Shown: one piece after another, positions 1 through 8,960 of the stretch | Layout: each line of letters starts with the position of its first letter | Position numbering within the stretch: the first letter of the stretch is position 1 | Assembly: GCA_002716355.1 (NCBI GenBank) | Contig: PBAU01000011.1 | Location: 30,001 to 62,000 of the forward strand | Source of the DNA: a bacterium | Lineage (GTDB): Bacteria > UBP7 > UBA6624 | Length of the DNA stretch: 32,000 nucleotides | Direction: 5' to 3' | Position numbers and translations under genes: made by a program | The notes under the pieces: generated by a model | The model's input: the letters and a program-made list of their open reading frames with translations, nothing else | Database searches by the model: none | Told to the model about the DNA's origin: nothing

Positions 1-1945
1 CCTTTCTTTGTTCATTTAGAACATCATCGTATTTCAGTAATGATTTTCTAACTTCGTAATGATGCCCCTCAATTCTTTTTTGGACATTTTCAATCATTCG
101 ATCTAAAAGTGGATGGAATAATGCTTCATTTTCCGGCCATTGAAAACGACTCATCATTTCTTCAACCCTGTCAACAGCAAACCTACGCATGATGTCATCT
201 TCTAAACTAAGTAGAAATTCACTAGACCCAGGATCACCTTGCCTGCCAGAACGTCCAATTAGTTGATTGTCAATCCTTCTCGCTTCATGTCGTTCTGTAC
301 CTAAAACCTTAAGTCCTCCTAATTGGATAACCTTAGATGCTTCTTCTGCACATATCTGTTTTGCTTTTTTTGCATTTCTGTCTTTTATTTCCTTGCTTAA
401 ATTTTCATCATCAGCTTTATGCCCTTCAGCTTCGATGAAATCTTTGGCTAAGAACTCAGGGTTACCGCCTAAAAGTATATCCGTTCCTCTTCCTGCCATG
501 TTTGTAGCTATCGTCACGGCTCCATACCTTCCTGCCTGTGCAATTATGTTTGCTTCTTTTTCATGATGTTTAGCGTTAAGAACATTATGTAGTATTTTTT
601 CTTTTTTTAGCATTTTTGATAATTTTTCACTATTTTCAATTGAAACGGTTCCAACCAGCACAGGTTGGCCCAAAGTGTTAGATTCTTTTATTTTTTTGAT
701 AGCAGCTTGGTATTTCTCATGTTGTGATTTGTAAACTTCATCTCTGAATTTTTTTCTTTGCAGGTTTTGATTTGTTGGAACTGACATAACATCCATGTTA
801 TAGATATCTATAAATTCCCTTTCTTCTGTTTTGGCGGTTCCAGTCATTCCTGAAAGTTTTTCATAGAGTCTGAAATAATTTTGAATTGTTATTGTTGCTA
901 CAGTCAGTGTTTCAGCACGTATCGGAACCCTCTCTTTTGCCTCGATTGCTTGATGGAGGCCATCGCCATATCTCCTACCAAACATTAACCTACCTGTAAA
1001 TTCATCAACAATAATAATTTGCCCTTCTTTAACAATGTAGTCTCTTTCTTTCTGATAGAGAAATTTTGCCTTCAATGCTTGAGAGACTTTTTGATTGATT
1101 TGTGCATTTTCAAAATCAAATAAATTCTTTACATTTAGAGTATTTTGAATTTTGTCTACCCCTTGTTCATTTAAAACTACAGAATGTGATTTTTCTTCAA
1201 TTTCAACATCGTTTTGATTTATTTTCACAACTGCACGGTAAACAGATTCATACTCCCCAGTTGTTCCACTTGGTGGTCCTGATATTATCAAAGGAGTTCT
1301 TGCTTCATCAATCAATATGCTATCAACCTCATCCACAATTGCGAAAGAGTGACCCCTTTGTACTTTGTCATTATTGTTGTAAACCATATTGTCTTTCAGG
1401 TAATCGAAACCAAATGCAGAATTTGTTCCATAGGTTATGTCATTTTGGTATATTTGTTTTCTTTCTGCATTTGGTTTATCTTGCTGAAGTGATCCATAGT
1501 TCAAACCCATAAAACTGTAAAGAGGCCCCATCCATTCAGCATCTCTTTTAGCTAAATAATCATTAACTGTTACAACATGTACACCTTTTCCTGATAATGC
1601 ATTTAGGTAAACTGGCAGTGTTGCTGAAAGTGTTTTTCCTTCCCCCGTTACCATTTCAGCAATTCTTCCTTGATGCAACGCCGTTCCACCTAGAATTTGA
1701 ACATCATAATGTCTCATGCCAAGCGTTCTAACTGAGGCTTCTCTGACCGCAGCATATGCCTCAGGGAGTATTGAGTCAAGCTTTTCACCATTGCTGATTC
1801 TTGATTTAAATTCAGGGGTTAATCTTTGGATATCTCCATCAGAAAGTTTTTTCATTTTTTCTTCAAGAGAAGAAACCTTATTTAAGATTGGTTGAAGCTT
1901 CCTTACCTCAATTTTATTTTTGCTAAAATACTCTAAAAAGTTCAT
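1..1945 (-). CDS. secA: Preprotein translocase ATPase SecA, N-terminal ~648 codons (3' end lies beyond the left edge of the window)
   Basis: Absent from the supplied ORF track because it is truncated by the window edge. Reverse-complement translation from ATG at 1945..1943 reads MNFLEYFSKNKIEVRKLQ... and stays open to position 1. It contains SecA motor motifs: MVTGEGKTL (Walker A), DEVDSILIDEARTPLIISG, LSGMTGTA, TNMAGRGTDI, GTERHEARRIDNQLIGRSGRQGDPG. Confidence 0.95.
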   Translation of the reverse strand, partial: MNFLEYFSKNKIEVRKLQPILNKVSSLEEKMKKLSDGDIQRLTPEFKSRISNGEKLDSILPEAYAAVREASVRTLGMRHYDVQILGGTALHQGRIAEMVTGEGKTLSATLPVYLNALSGKGVHVVTVNDYLAKRDAEWMGPLYSFMGLNYGSLQQDKPNAERKQIYQNDITYGTNSAFGFDYLKDNMVYNNNDKVQRGHSFAIVDEVDSILIDEARTPLIISGPPSGTTGEYESVYRAVVKINQNDVEIEEKSHSVVLNEQGVDKIQNTLNVKNLFDFENAQINQKVSQALKAKFLYQKERDYIVKEGQIIIVDEFTGRLMFGRRYGDGLHQAIEAKERVPIRAETLTVATITIQNYFRLYEKLSGMTGTAKTEEREFIDIYNMDVMSVPTNQNLQRKKFRDEVYKSQHEKYQAAIKKIKESNTLGQPVLVGTVSIENSEKLSKMLKKEKILHNVLNAKHHEKEANIIAQAGRYGAVTIATNMAGRGTDILLGGNPEFLAKDFIEAEGHKADDENLSKEIKDRNAKKAKQICAEEASKVIQLGGLKVLGTERHEARRIDNQLIGRSGRQGDPGSSEFLLSLEDDIMRRFAVDRVEEMMSRFQWPENEALFHPLLDRMIENVQKRIEGHHYEVRKSLLKYDDVLNEQRK

Positions 1946-4281
1946 TAATCAATTGATATGCTGCCTTGAGCTTTTTCTATAGTTCCTTTTTCTACAATTA
2001 AATCCCATACAAACCTATCACCTTTCAAGATGTTGCCGTCTTTGTATTGGACTATGACATCATCATAAAAAATTATATTTTCTGCATTTGTTCTTACCTT
2101 TGCGTAGTTAGCATTAACATTAACATCCTGGTGTTTCATTGTTACATTGCCTTCAAACTTGTAACCACCATCTTCTTCTAAGGCTGAATCAGATGATATT
2201 TTTGTTTTAGTGTTTTTGTACTCCCAAGAAATTGGGCCTAAGGCTTCCCAAAAATCATTTATTTTAATTAGCTTGTTTGCGAATAGTTGATCTTTTTCAC
2301 CTTCGATTCTTGGGTACCCTTCCAATGTTGATACATCTTCATCTTTTGACCATTGCCATTTTTCACCATAAGCTTTTCTTTTTTCCGCTTCATTTTCTAT
2401 CAAAACATTACCAACTATGGACATTTGACTGCTGTCTTCTTTCATACTTCCTAATTCACCTTTTATTGTCCATTCTGGATGTTTGATTTTTGGTTTGTTC
2501 ATTTCCCAAAAATGATCATCCGAAAAGACTTTATCGGTAGTGATGATTATATTTTCCAGAACACCAAGCCATCCTTTTTTACTCGTCATTTGCAATCCGT
2601 CTATTGAATATTCATTATCAGCATTAATTGTGATTTTTTGCATTTCTCCAATCCAGGTTGTGTTTTCAATCGTGCATGATTCAGAACAGTGTAGGCTAAC
2701 GGGACCCCATTGAAAATTTATTTTATCTCCATTTAATTCAAGATCTTTAACAAGAACTTTTGTGCTTAATGGTGAAAGACCTGTTTTTTCATCTGTGTCT
2801 AATTGAAGTGTTTTTGATTCGAGATGTAAATTTTTATTTAGTGATATTCGAGCTTCGGTAAGATCGAATATATTTTTATCAGTTTGTGTTGAAAGACTTA
2901 AAGCAATGATTTCATTCTCGTCAATACTTCCTTTTAATGGTCCTGACCTAATTAATTTTAATTCTTTTTGATAGTTGAGATTTTGAACTTCTCCTTCAAA
3001 TATTTCTTTGTAACTTAATTGACTATTGCCTAGAAATTTTACTAATTCTGAATTTATTCTTGCAGCTTGTGAAAAAGTTTTAAAATCATTATTTTTGTAC
3101 TCTGCAGAACCATTTATTTTTAATTGTTCTAAATTTGGATCCCACTCTCCATTTTCTCCACCTATAAAAACAGTTCCTTCAGACCATGAAAACCCACCTT
3201 GTAGTAAATATTTTTTAGGATCTTGAGTCACTTCCAGCAAGCCACTGATGTTTAAAAATGGTAGCCCGCCAGTATCAAAAAAATTTTTCTGCATTTGCAT
3301 TGATGCTGGCCCGTTCAGCTTTAAGTATTCATTATTTTTGTTGAAAAAACCAGAATCAGCTTTGAGAATTTTGTCATCCTCTTCAAAGGTAATGTTTTTT
3401 TCGAAATTAAAATAACCTGGATTCCAGTAATACTCAACATTATCTGCCGTTATCTTTCTTGGATTTTTTGATGACTTCTCCTCTATTTTTACATTTTCTG
3501 AAAGATACGCTACGTAATCTTTGCTTTTTGCTTGCAAGATTTCAGCACTGATATCCCAATTTTTTATTTTTAATGTTGGTTTTCCAGGAGGTGAAAGTTG
3601 AGGTATTCCCAATGATTTGAAAACCGGCTCTCTGTTTGCTGTTATTAACGCTTGAGGCCTTTTGTCTTCATCCCAATTTTTAGATTGAGCTGTAATTATT
3701 CCATTTTGAGTGTTGTAAACAGCAAGCCCTCCTTCCACATGTGGATCCTCAGGACTTTTCAATAGTTTAGCGTGCCATCGCCCTATAAGGAGAACATTGT
3801 CTTCGTTTGTCTCAAATAGTACATCTTCACCAGTGATGTCAATATCTAAATTTTTCAAGCTTACAGAGTCTGGAAAAAATAAAAGTTGGGATTTTTTCGT
3901 CCATAAAGCTTTCATTGTTCTTGCAACAATACCATCATTTGTTTTTGCTGAAAAAGGTCCTTGGAATTCAAGTGTTTCCATAAGGTCGTTGTATTTTGCA
4001 GATTCTGAATTAACCTCCACATAAGGTTCGTAATTTCTATAAAAAATTGCTTCAGTTATATCTTTTATCAACCATAAATTTTCTTTTGTTTCCTCAAGGT
4101 TGTTTGTGATTATTTTTGCTATTTGCCTTTCTTGATCCCAGATTGTTATTTTAGACTCGTATATTCTTCTAGGCTCACCTTTTATAGCAAACAATAGTTG
4201 AGTTTCTTTTTGACCTATTTTGTTGATCCAGATTGTTATAAAAAATAAAAAAATAATGACAAATATATATTTTTTATGCAT
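1945..4281 (-). CDS. Membrane-anchored (single N-terminal TM) large periplasmic protein with repeated LptC/LptA (OstA)-like segments; function unknown
   Basis: 778-aa ORF with N-terminus MHKKYIFVIIFLFFITIWINKIG (signal anchor). It has recurring OstA-like strings, e.g. the C-terminal FEGNVTMKHQDVNVNANYAKVRTNAENIIFYDDVIVQYKDGNILKGDRFVWDL, plus IVGNVLIENEAEKRKAYGEKWQW and ITADNVEYYWNPGYFNFEKNITFEEDDKILKADSGFF. The stop TAA (1947..1945) overlaps the secA ATG (TAATG). The coding call is solid; the family assignment is by eye only. Confidence 0.6.
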   Translation of the reverse strand: MHKKYIFVIIFLFFITIWINKIGQKETQLLFAIKGEPRRIYESKITIWDQERQIAKIITNNLEETKENLWLIKDITEAIFYRNYEPYVEVNSESAKYNDLMETLEFQGPFSAKTNDGIVARTMKALWTKKSQLLFFPDSVSLKNLDIDITGEDVLFETNEDNVLLIGRWHAKLLKSPEDPHVEGGLAVYNTQNGIITAQSKNWDEDKRPQALITANREPVFKSLGIPQLSPPGKPTLKIKNWDISAEILQAKSKDYVAYLSENVKIEEKSSKNPRKITADNVEYYWNPGYFNFEKNITFEEDDKILKADSGFFNKNNEYLKLNGPASMQMQKNFFDTGGLPFLNISGLLEVTQDPKKYLLQGGFSWSEGTVFIGGENGEWDPNLEQLKINGSAEYKNNDFKTFSQAARINSELVKFLGNSQLSYKEIFEGEVQNLNYQKELKLIRSGPLKGSIDENEIIALSLSTQTDKNIFDLTEARISLNKNLHLESKTLQLDTDEKTGLSPLSTKVLVKDLELNGDKINFQWGPVSLHCSESCTIENTTWIGEMQKITINADNEYSIDGLQMTSKKGWLGVLENIIITTDKVFSDDHFWEMNKPKIKHPEWTIKGELGSMKEDSSQMSIVGNVLIENEAEKRKAYGEKWQWSKDEDVSTLEGYPRIEGEKDQLFANKLIKINDFWEALGPISWEYKNTKTKISSDSALEEDGGYKFEGNVTMKHQDVNVNANYAKVRTNAENIIFYDDVIVQYKDGNILKGDRFVWDLIVEKGTIEKAQGSISID

Positions 4282-4336
4282 AAAACAATTCTAGAGTTAG
4301 TTTGCTTTTTGCGCTATTAGAATAATTTTTTGTTTA

Positions 4337-5362
4337 ATGTTTTTAAAATCTTTAATTCGTAAAAAAGAAAAAGATCACAAGTTTATCACCCATTTATCCA
4401 GTAATCCATTTATTTATGGTTTGAAATCGGTTGTTGATTTGCAAATTTCACATAACTTAGATTTCATAAAAAAATCAAATAAACCTTATATAGCATGGCA
4501 TCCTACTAAAAAAAGTTTTAGCAATGCAATTTGGGAACATTGCATCAAGGTAGGCCGTCCAGCATATTTTGCCGAAAGAGGGGCACTGCCTAACACAGTT
4601 GTTATTGACCCTGGGGGTTTTTTAAGCGATTCTCCTTCTTATTTTGAGCATAATTGGAATAATCCACTTTCCGATAGTCAGAAAAATATTATTGATGAAT
4701 ATGTGGATACGCTTAAGGGTAAAGATGAATCTTTGGAATTTCAAGAAAGCAATCGCATGGGTTCAGACTCCTTTTCTGAAAAACTTGCTTTAAATGGTAA
4801 GCATGTTGTTTTTGTCCCGCTTCAGCTTGCTAACGACACAGTGATTCAGCGTTGGTGTGACTGGGTTAAGGATTTGAAATCTTTTCAGGATATAGTCGAA
4901 CAAGTTGCTGTCTATTGTCCGGATGTTGTTTTTTTGGTTAAAAATCATCCAATTGCTAGAAATCCAAAATCATCAACGCCCTTAATGAGTGCCAATAGGA
5001 ATATTTTTGTTGTTGATGAATTTCATTACAAAGATTGCCTTGATGTTGCAGATAAGGTTTTAACTATCAATTCTGGAGTCGGGCTGCAAGCGATGGCGTG
5101 GAGCGTTCCAACAATAGTAACCGGGCGAGCTTTTTATAATTTTGAAAAAATAAACCAAAGAGCAACCAGCATTGATGATATTGTCGGCATGATAAAGGAT
5201 GATTTTGCTGTAAGTCATGAAAGATCAAGAAGGTTTTTGTATTTTTTAAAATTTAAAATGTATAGTGATTGCATTCAATATAAGTCAAAAAAAAATCGTT
5301 ATAGAAACGCAACCACAAGGTGTAAATATTTGAATATAAGAATTCCTGAATGTAATAAATAG
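4337..5362 (+). CDS. Capsule polysaccharide biosynthesis family protein (KpsS/KpsC-like, Capsule_synth-type)
   Basis: 341-aa ORF. The blocks HVVFVPLQLANDTVIQRW, FLVKNHP and KVLTINSGVGLQAMAWSVPTIVTGRAFYNF resemble the conserved blocks of the KpsS/KpsC family as I remember them. Not verified by search. Confidence 0.5.
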   Translation: MFLKSLIRKKEKDHKFITHLSSNPFIYGLKSVVDLQISHNLDFIKKSNKPYIAWHPTKKSFSNAIWEHCIKVGRPAYFAERGALPNTVVIDPGGFLSDSPSYFEHNWNNPLSDSQKNIIDEYVDTLKGKDESLEFQESNRMGSDSFSEKLALNGKHVVFVPLQLANDTVIQRWCDWVKDLKSFQDIVEQVAVYCPDVVFLVKNHPIARNPKSSTPLMSANRNIFVVDEFHYKDCLDVADKVLTINSGVGLQAMAWSVPTIVTGRAFYNFEKINQRATSIDDIVGMIKDDFAVSHERSRRFLYFLKFKMYSDCIQYKSKKNRYRNATTRCKYLNIRIPECNK

Positions 5363-5416
5363 ATTTTTCAACGTTTTTACATTGTCAATATTAGAATATT
5401 TTTTGTTATTGATACA

Positions 5417-5422
5417 AGGAGG
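5417..5422 (+). promoter_or_regulatory. Shine-Dalgarno AGGAGG for trxA
   Basis: AGGAGG lies 5 nt upstream of the ATG at 5428. Confidence 0.7.
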
Positions 5423-5427
5423 TACAA

Positions 5428-5748
5428 ATGACAATCGAACTTAATGAGGATAATTTTTCAGATACTATAAACACAGGTATAACCTTAGTTGATTTTTGGG
5501 CGGAATGGTGTGGCCCATGCAAAGCAGCTGCCCCATATGTTGATAAACTTGCCGATCAGGTTGGCGATAACGCCAAGGTTGTGAAGGTTAATGTTGACGA
5601 AAGCCCTTCTATTGCTTCTCAGTTTGGGGTTATGAGTATTCCGACTTTCATTCTGTTTAAGGATGGAGAGGTTATCGAGAGAACTTCTGGCTTCACGCCA
5701 AATTTTATTGCTGAATGGACTGAAAAGATAGATTCAGCTCTTCTTTAA
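5428..5748 (+). CDS. trxA: Thioredoxin
   Basis: 106 aa with the canonical WCGPC active site (FWAEWCGPCKAAAP), the conserved SIPT cis-Pro region (MSIPTFILFKDGE) and typical length, plus a strong SD. Confidence 0.95.
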   Translation: MTIELNEDNFSDTINTGITLVDFWAEWCGPCKAAAPYVDKLADQVGDNAKVVKVNVDESPSIASQFGVMSIPTFILFKDGEVIERTSGFTPNFIAEWTEKIDSALL

Positions 5749-5750
5749 TT

Positions 5751-6764
5751 TTGAAAATTGTAGCTGCATTGTCTGGTGGTGTTGACAGCAGCGTAGCTGC
5801 ACAACGTTTAATTCGCCAAGGTCATGATGTTATAGGTCTCTTCATGAGACTTACAGAGGGAGAAGGTTCTGCTTGTTGTAATATCCGAACTGGACAGACT
5901 GCAAGACGTGTTGCTGACAAGTTGAAAATTCCCTTTATGGCAGTTGATTATTCAGAATCTTTTAGAAAAAATGTTATCGATCATGCTCTTAATAATTTAG
6001 ATAATGGATTAACTCCAAATCCATGCGTTGAATGCAACAGGAAAGTTAAATTCGAGGAGCTTTTAGGCCAGGCGAAGCGCATGGGTGCTGACGCTTTGGC
6101 AACTGGACATTATGGAAAAATCTTTAAAAAAAATAATGAGTATGAAATGCATGAAGCAAAATCTCAAAAAAAAGATCAAAGTTATTTTCTTTGGCCAACT
6201 TCAAAAAATTCCCTGAGTGAGATAATTTTTCCACTAGGTGATGTTGAAGACAAAAGCATTATTAGAAAAGAGGCTGCTGAAGGTGGTTTACCAACTGCCA
6301 AAGCCCCTGAAAGCCAAGATTTATGCTTTGCTCCTGAAGGTTTGGTTAAGTTTATCGGTAAGGAAGAGCCTGGAGAAATTTTAGACATTAAGGGTAATGT
6401 TATAGGTGAGCACAAAGGTCATTTCACTGTAACACTTGGTCAAAGAAGAGGGTTAGGTGGCGTTGCTTTGGGTAAACCAGCTTATGTAGTTCAAAAAGAT
6501 CATAAAAAAAATACGGTTACTTTAGGTGATAGGGATCATTTTGCAAGGCAAAAAATAAACCTCACAAGAGTGAATTGGCTAGCGGATTTAAACACTCTGA
6601 GTGGAGGTCTTTCGGCAAGGATTCGTTATAGGGGTTCAAAAAGATCAATTGAGCAAATCAAGAAGCATCAAATTGTTTTTCAAGACCCTGTAACGGTTGC
6701 TTCAGGCCAAAGTATTGTTGTTTACCTGGGAACAAGGGTGATTGGTGGAGGTGTTGCACAATAG
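5751..6764 (+). CDS. mnmA: tRNA 2-thiouridine(34) synthase MnmA
   Basis: PP-loop SGGVDSSVAA at residues 8-17, NPCVECNRKVKF, the catalytic Cys context SQDLCF, and the DQSYFL block. The start is forced to TTG at 5751 (2 nt after the trxA TAA) because the PP-loop begins at codon 8. Confidence 0.9.
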   Translation: MKIVAALSGGVDSSVAAQRLIRQGHDVIGLFMRLTEGEGSACCNIRTGQTARRVADKLKIPFMAVDYSESFRKNVIDHALNNLDNGLTPNPCVECNRKVKFEELLGQAKRMGADALATGHYGKIFKKNNEYEMHEAKSQKKDQSYFLWPTSKNSLSEIIFPLGDVEDKSIIRKEAAEGGLPTAKAPESQDLCFAPEGLVKFIGKEEPGEILDIKGNVIGEHKGHFTVTLGQRRGLGGVALGKPAYVVQKDHKKNTVTLGDRDHFARQKINLTRVNWLADLNTLSGGLSARIRYRGSKRSIEQIKKHQIVFQDPVTVASGQSIVVYLGTRVIGGGVAQ

Positions 6765-8482
6765 TTAAAACGATTATTTTTGGCCTGGATGGAGCTACTT
6801 GGGATTTAGCTAAAAATTGGATAGAAGAAGGGCATTTGCCAAATTTGAAAAAAATAATGGATGGCTCTAGTGGTATCCTGAAAAGCACTCTTGAACCAAT
6901 TACACCATGTGCATGGGCATCTATGGTCACAGGTCAAAATCCAGGAAAAACTGGAGTTTTTGATTTTGCTCAAATTGTAAGAGGGTCTTATGATCTGCGT
7001 TTTCCCAACAGAACTCATGTTTCTGGATCTTCTATATGGAATCAAGCAGATAAACATGGTATCAAATGCGGGATCGTGAATGTTCCTATGGGTTATCCTG
7101 CTGATAGATTAGAACAAGGCGTTTACATTGCTGGAATGGGTTCTCCAAGCCCAGATGATAAAAATGTTTTTTGGCCTCAAGATTTAAGACATGAAGTTGA
7201 ATCTTTTTTTGAAAAGCCATACGACATGATGGAATTTTCCAAAGGTAGAAAATCAAAAGATGGTTATGGTGTTTTACGTGATAATTTAATTTCTTATACC
7301 GATTTTCAAAAAAAACTAAGTATGTACTTGTTGGAGAAAAAAGATTTAGATTTATTTTTTATTGTTTTTCCCGCAACAGATCAGGTTGGACATTACTTTT
7401 GGAAGCATTGGGATCACAAGCACCCTCTTTATTCAGATGAATTAAATAAAAAATATGGAAATGTTCTTTTAGAGGTTTATAAAAGTGTAGATGATGCCAT
7501 GGGTGAAATTATGAATTCATTTTGCAGCAAGGAGACTCAAGTGTGGGCTTTAAGTGATCATGGAATGGGCCCATTTTATCGAGCTCCTGATTTTGTAAGT
7601 TTTCTAGAGTCTGAAGGTTATTTAAAACTTAAGGTTCCTGTTGAAAATGCTGAAAAAATGATTGCGGTAGTTCCTTTTTTAGCTAAACTGTCTGAATTAA
7701 AGTTTAAATTTTTTGATTTTTTGAAAAGGTGTATGCCTTTGTCTTTGAAGAATTTTTTAAACAATGTGTTTAAAAATCAAAAAGAAGCATATGTAGAAGG
7801 GATGAGCATGTTGTCTATATATGACTGGAAAAAAACTCAGGTTTTTGTAACCGATCCAAAGAATATGGGTGAAATTCATATCAATTTAAAAGGAAGAGAG
7901 CCAAAAGGGATTGTTTTAAAAAATGATTATGAAAAATTAAGAGAAGAGCTTATTGATCTTTTTGAATCAATTGCTTTGAAAGATGGAACTAGATTAGTTA
8001 CGAAAGCTCATAAAAAAGAAGACATTTACAAAGGTAAATATCTGCATGATGCTCCTGATATAGTTATTGAGTGGAATCTAAAAGAAACAGGTTGCTTGGA
8101 TCCAAAAGATCAAGATGTTCCAAAAAGATATAAAAGTTTGTTTAGAAGGTTTGATCTCACACCTTCTTGGACTGATGTCGTCTTGCCCTACAATGGATTT
8201 CATCGTATGGAGGGGATATGGGCTGTTAATGGACCTGGCATTAAGCATGGTTCAGGAATTAATGCAGATATATGGGATCCATATATAGAAATATTATCCT
8301 CTATAGGTGTGCCAATTCCTAATGATATTGATAGCAAGAAGATGGATATTTGGGAAACTAAAAGTAGGCCTAAGGTAAAAGAGGATAAAGATAAATCAGG
8401 GGAAGGCTCTTCTAAAGATTATTCACAGAAGGATGAGGAGGCTTTAAAAAAGAGATTGAAAGAGATGGGTTATCTTGGTTAG
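6761..8482 (+). CDS. Type I phosphodiesterase / nucleotide pyrophosphatase (alkaline-phosphatase superfamily) protein; true start upstream of the first canonical start codon
   Basis: Family blocks are LEPITPCAWASMVTGQNPGKTGVFDF, ATDQVGHYFW, LSDHGMGP and a C-terminal ...KKRLKEMGYLG. The conserved N-terminal strand plus metal-ligand motif (VKTIIFGLDGATWDL, 6764-6808) is in frame but upstream of the first TTG (6836, track start) and first ATG (6857). There is no ATG/GTG/TTG between the in-frame TGA at 6650 and 6836. The 5' coordinate 6761 (ATA) is a proposal; the 3' end is firm. Confidence 0.8.
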   Translation: MVKTIIFGLDGATWDLAKNWIEEGHLPNLKKIMDGSSGILKSTLEPITPCAWASMVTGQNPGKTGVFDFAQIVRGSYDLRFPNRTHVSGSSIWNQADKHGIKCGIVNVPMGYPADRLEQGVYIAGMGSPSPDDKNVFWPQDLRHEVESFFEKPYDMMEFSKGRKSKDGYGVLRDNLISYTDFQKKLSMYLLEKKDLDLFFIVFPATDQVGHYFWKHWDHKHPLYSDELNKKYGNVLLEVYKSVDDAMGEIMNSFCSKETQVWALSDHGMGPFYRAPDFVSFLESEGYLKLKVPVENAEKMIAVVPFLAKLSELKFKFFDFLKRCMPLSLKNFLNNVFKNQKEAYVEGMSMLSIYDWKKTQVFVTDPKNMGEIHINLKGREPKGIVLKNDYEKLREELIDLFESIALKDGTRLVTKAHKKEDIYKGKYLHDAPDIVIEWNLKETGCLDPKDQDVPKRYKSLFRRFDLTPSWTDVVLPYNGFHRMEGIWAVNGPGIKHGSGINADIWDPYIEILSSIGVPIPNDIDSKKMDIWETKSRPKVKEDKDKSGEGSSKDYSQKDEEALKKRLKEMGYLG

Positions 8483-8483
8483 T

Positions 8484-8960
8484 TTATTCAGCACCTTTTT
8501 CCTCTAGGTATTCCCATATCTTTTCTTTGGTGTCATCATCACAGATAGCAAGTCTAGCTGTTGTCAGTATATTGATACCATTTGCATCCACTGCGTTAAG
8601 GTCAGCACCATTATCAACTAGCCATTCAATGCCTGCCCAGGTGCAAAAGAATATTGCCCAACCCAATGGGCTCGATTTGTCTTTATTTGCAGCTTTTTTA
8701 TTTATGTCTGCTCCGCTCTCTAAGAACAAGCTCATCATTTTTATGTCACCTTTTATTGCAGCATGATGCATTGGGCACATGCCACCCCAGTCAATACCTT
8801 CAGGAATGCATATTTTGTCATCGTTTAAATCTAAACCACGAGAAACTATTAGCTCTTTTGCTTGTTTATGATCTCCTTTTTCAATTGCATCATGTATGTC
8901 AAAATCACTACCACTACAAGCGGCCATTGACAAAAGGATAAAAAATATTATTTTTTTCAA
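8484..8960 (-). CDS. Ankyrin-repeat lipoprotein (exported)
   Basis: 158 aa. The signal peptide has a lipobox-like LSMAAC|SG. ANK-repeat strings are present (MHHAAIKGDIKMMSLFLESGADINKK; SPLGWAIFFCTWAGIEWLVDNGADLNAVD). The start is TTG at 8960. Confidence 0.75.
   Translation of the reverse strand: MKKIIFFILLSMAACSGSDFDIHDAIEKGDHKQAKELIVSRGLDLNDDKICIPEGIDWGGMCPMHHAAIKGDIKMMSLFLESGADINKKAANKDKSSPLGWAIFFCTWAGIEWLVDNGADLNAVDANGINILTTARLAICDDDTKEKIWEYLEEKGAE

Noticed and set aside
267-1512. Plus-strand ORFs 267..566 and 1102..1512 from the track.
   Set aside because: They lie antisense to an unambiguous secA reading frame. Their translations are low-complexity Leu/Phe/Ser-rich shadow sequence with no motifs.
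1945-2010. SecM-like translation-arrest peptide at the end of the ORF upstream of secA.
   Set aside because: The C-terminus (...FVWDLIVEKGTIEKAQGSISID) shows none of the arrest motifs I know (e.g. the SecM FxxxxWIxxxxGIRAGP type). The upstream ORF is also a 778-aa structural-looking protein, not a short monitor peptide. Only plain stop-start coupling (TAATG) is supported.
2277-4024. Plus-strand ORFs 2277..2486, 3026..3226 and 3797..4024.
   Set aside because: They are short antisense shadows inside the 778-aa minus-strand gene, with hydrophobic, low-complexity translations.
6762-6812. TAG read-through or frameshift fusing mnmA to the phosphodiesterase.
   Set aside because: The two genes are in different frames, and MnmA already ends at a normal length after its C-terminal beta-barrel-like segment. 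Independent (re)initiation at a near-cognate codon is the simpler explanation.
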